Source: Bugula neritina
Lineage: Eukaryota; Animalia; Bryozoa
Assembly: GCA_964035545.1 (NCBI GenBank)
Contig: OZ037768.1
Span: 21,857,319 to 21,921,318, forward strand
DNA length: 64,000 nucleotides
Direction of reading: 5' to 3'
In this document: one piece after another, positions 62,671 to 64,000 of the stretch
How positions within the stretch are numbered: position 1 is the stretch's first letter
How the letters are laid out: each line of letters starts with the position of its first letter
The notes under the pieces: model-generated
Told to the model about the DNA's origin: nothing
Database searches by the model: none
Seen by the model: only the letters and a program-made list of their open reading frames with translations
Position numbers and translations under genes: made by a program

Positions 62671-63786
62671 CTCAGTATATAAACTAATGCCATTAAAGAC
62701 AATGACTGTTGAATAATTAATTTATTTGTCTTCATTCAACCTTCAATTTATTTGTCGTTTTCTATTTTCAAGTTCAATGAGGATTGTTGAAACATGTTTT
62801 ATGTTCTCTGTAAACTCTAGTAATTTGCTTTTTATTCACTTATGTGATGTGAGAGATTTCACACCACTCCACTGCCTCTTGATTGCTTATGTAATATATT
62901 TTGTTGATTTGTATAATTCTCAATTGATTTATTTTCACCACCCAAAGCTGTCTTTTGAAACTCTGTATTTTAAAGTTCTCTTACTGCCTAATATTTCATG
63001 TGTCATTAGAAAATGTGATAATCACATTGTAAAACGAACTTTAAATTGTAGAAAGACAAAGTTGTCTAGAAAAATTAATGGTTAACTTCAAATAAATCAT
63101 TTAAGGATGACATTTGCTTTCCTATAGGCTATACTAGTAAATACCTTATTCTAAATCCAATAGCTTTATGCTTGATTCAGTTTACACTTTACTTCAACAT
63201 TTTCATAGCATATGGCCACCCACTCAGCTGTTATATAACATATTGTAATTTTAGTGCACTCTATTGTATTTTTAAAGTTTGGTTTCTATTATCAACATTT
63301 TTTATAAATTATTTTCAATAACTTGGTAGCAGAAGCTATATGTCAGCTTTCATTATGGGTTATGGTGCCTAATTCTCACAATTTTAGCACACATTTTACA
63401 CTGTATTGAATACATATTCTTGTCGACCATTTAAAAATGCAAATTTGTACTGTTAGTTGCACTTTCTTATTTAAACTGGCAGATTAACTTCAACATTTGC
63501 TAATATGCAAGAGAGATAACTCTTTAATCTTGCATTATATTATAACAGCTTGCAATACTTCAAAATAAAGGCAAACAATGCATAATAAAAAAGCAATATA
63601 ACTTAAAGCAATGTATTTATATTTACCTTAGGTTCATATATATATAATATCCTACATGTAGTAATTGAAACATTATATTTGTAATATAAATCATAACGTA
63701 AAAAATAGCACTAGTCCAAACAAACTAAAAGCATTTTAACCCAATTTCTCTTCCCTTCATGAGGTACCTCTTTCAGTCTATCGGTG

Positions 63787-64000
63787 TTATGCACGCCTGG
63801 TTTCTATATACGGACCCCAAACACCGCCTCGGTTTTCAGGGTGGCACTGTGTGTCGTGTCTACCCACCACAGCAGGAGCGATGGAGTTCTCATAGAACTT
63901 TAGTCTAGACAGCAGTAAGGTGGTTATATCTGGTCGTGTCGTAAGCAAGTTGTTGTTTTCTTGTGGATCCTCGACTATGTTGTATACTTGTATGCCAGTC
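63787..64000 (-). CDS. 3' coding end of an arylsulfatase B/I/J-like sulfatase (gene continues beyond the window)
   Basis: The - strand frame from 63999 reads TGIQVYNIVEDPQENNNLLTTRPDITTLLLSRLKFYENSIAPAVVGRHDTQCHPENRGGVWGPYIETRRA*, matching the ARSB-type C-terminus (LFDIDRDPEERHDL..LLSRLQFY..GVWGPW). Not in the supplied ORF track. Confidence 0.82.
   Translation of the reverse strand, partial: TGIQVYNIVEDPQENNNLLTTRPDITTLLLSRLKFYENSIAPAVVGRHDTQCHPENRGGVWGPYIETRRA

Overview
AT-rich, intron-containing genomic DNA of an invertebrate animal (inferred from gene content and GT-AG introns; not prokaryotic). Gene order, reconstructed by hand from splice sites: an unidentified 457-aa Ser-rich ORF (-), WDR82 (-, 9 coding exons, 314 aa), CSK (+, 10 exons, 452 aa), a SEPT2-group septin (-, 12-13 exons), WDR59/GATOR2 subunit (+), an SH2B adaptor (-), then an accessory zone (5'-truncated LINE RT, an integrase-tail-like fragment, an intact zinc-knuckle gag/ORF1-like ORF with no pol, and a decayed intron-containing NAPE-PLD pseudogene), and the last exon of an arylsulfatase B/I/J-like gene (-) at the right edge. 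Also present: two CACTA/CACTG-type non-autonomous DNA transposons, a small hairpin MITE family, a tRNA-derived SINE head, an LTR-like/tRNA-Ser PBS relic and many minisatellites that sit against splice sites. The most striking unexplained structure is in WDR59 (48.3-49.9 kb): several short candidate exons of the same phase class (0 to 1), plus two intronic sequences that are each complementary to one downstream site. This resembles the docking-site/selector architecture of mutually exclusive splicing. All gene models are manual predictions without transcript evidence.
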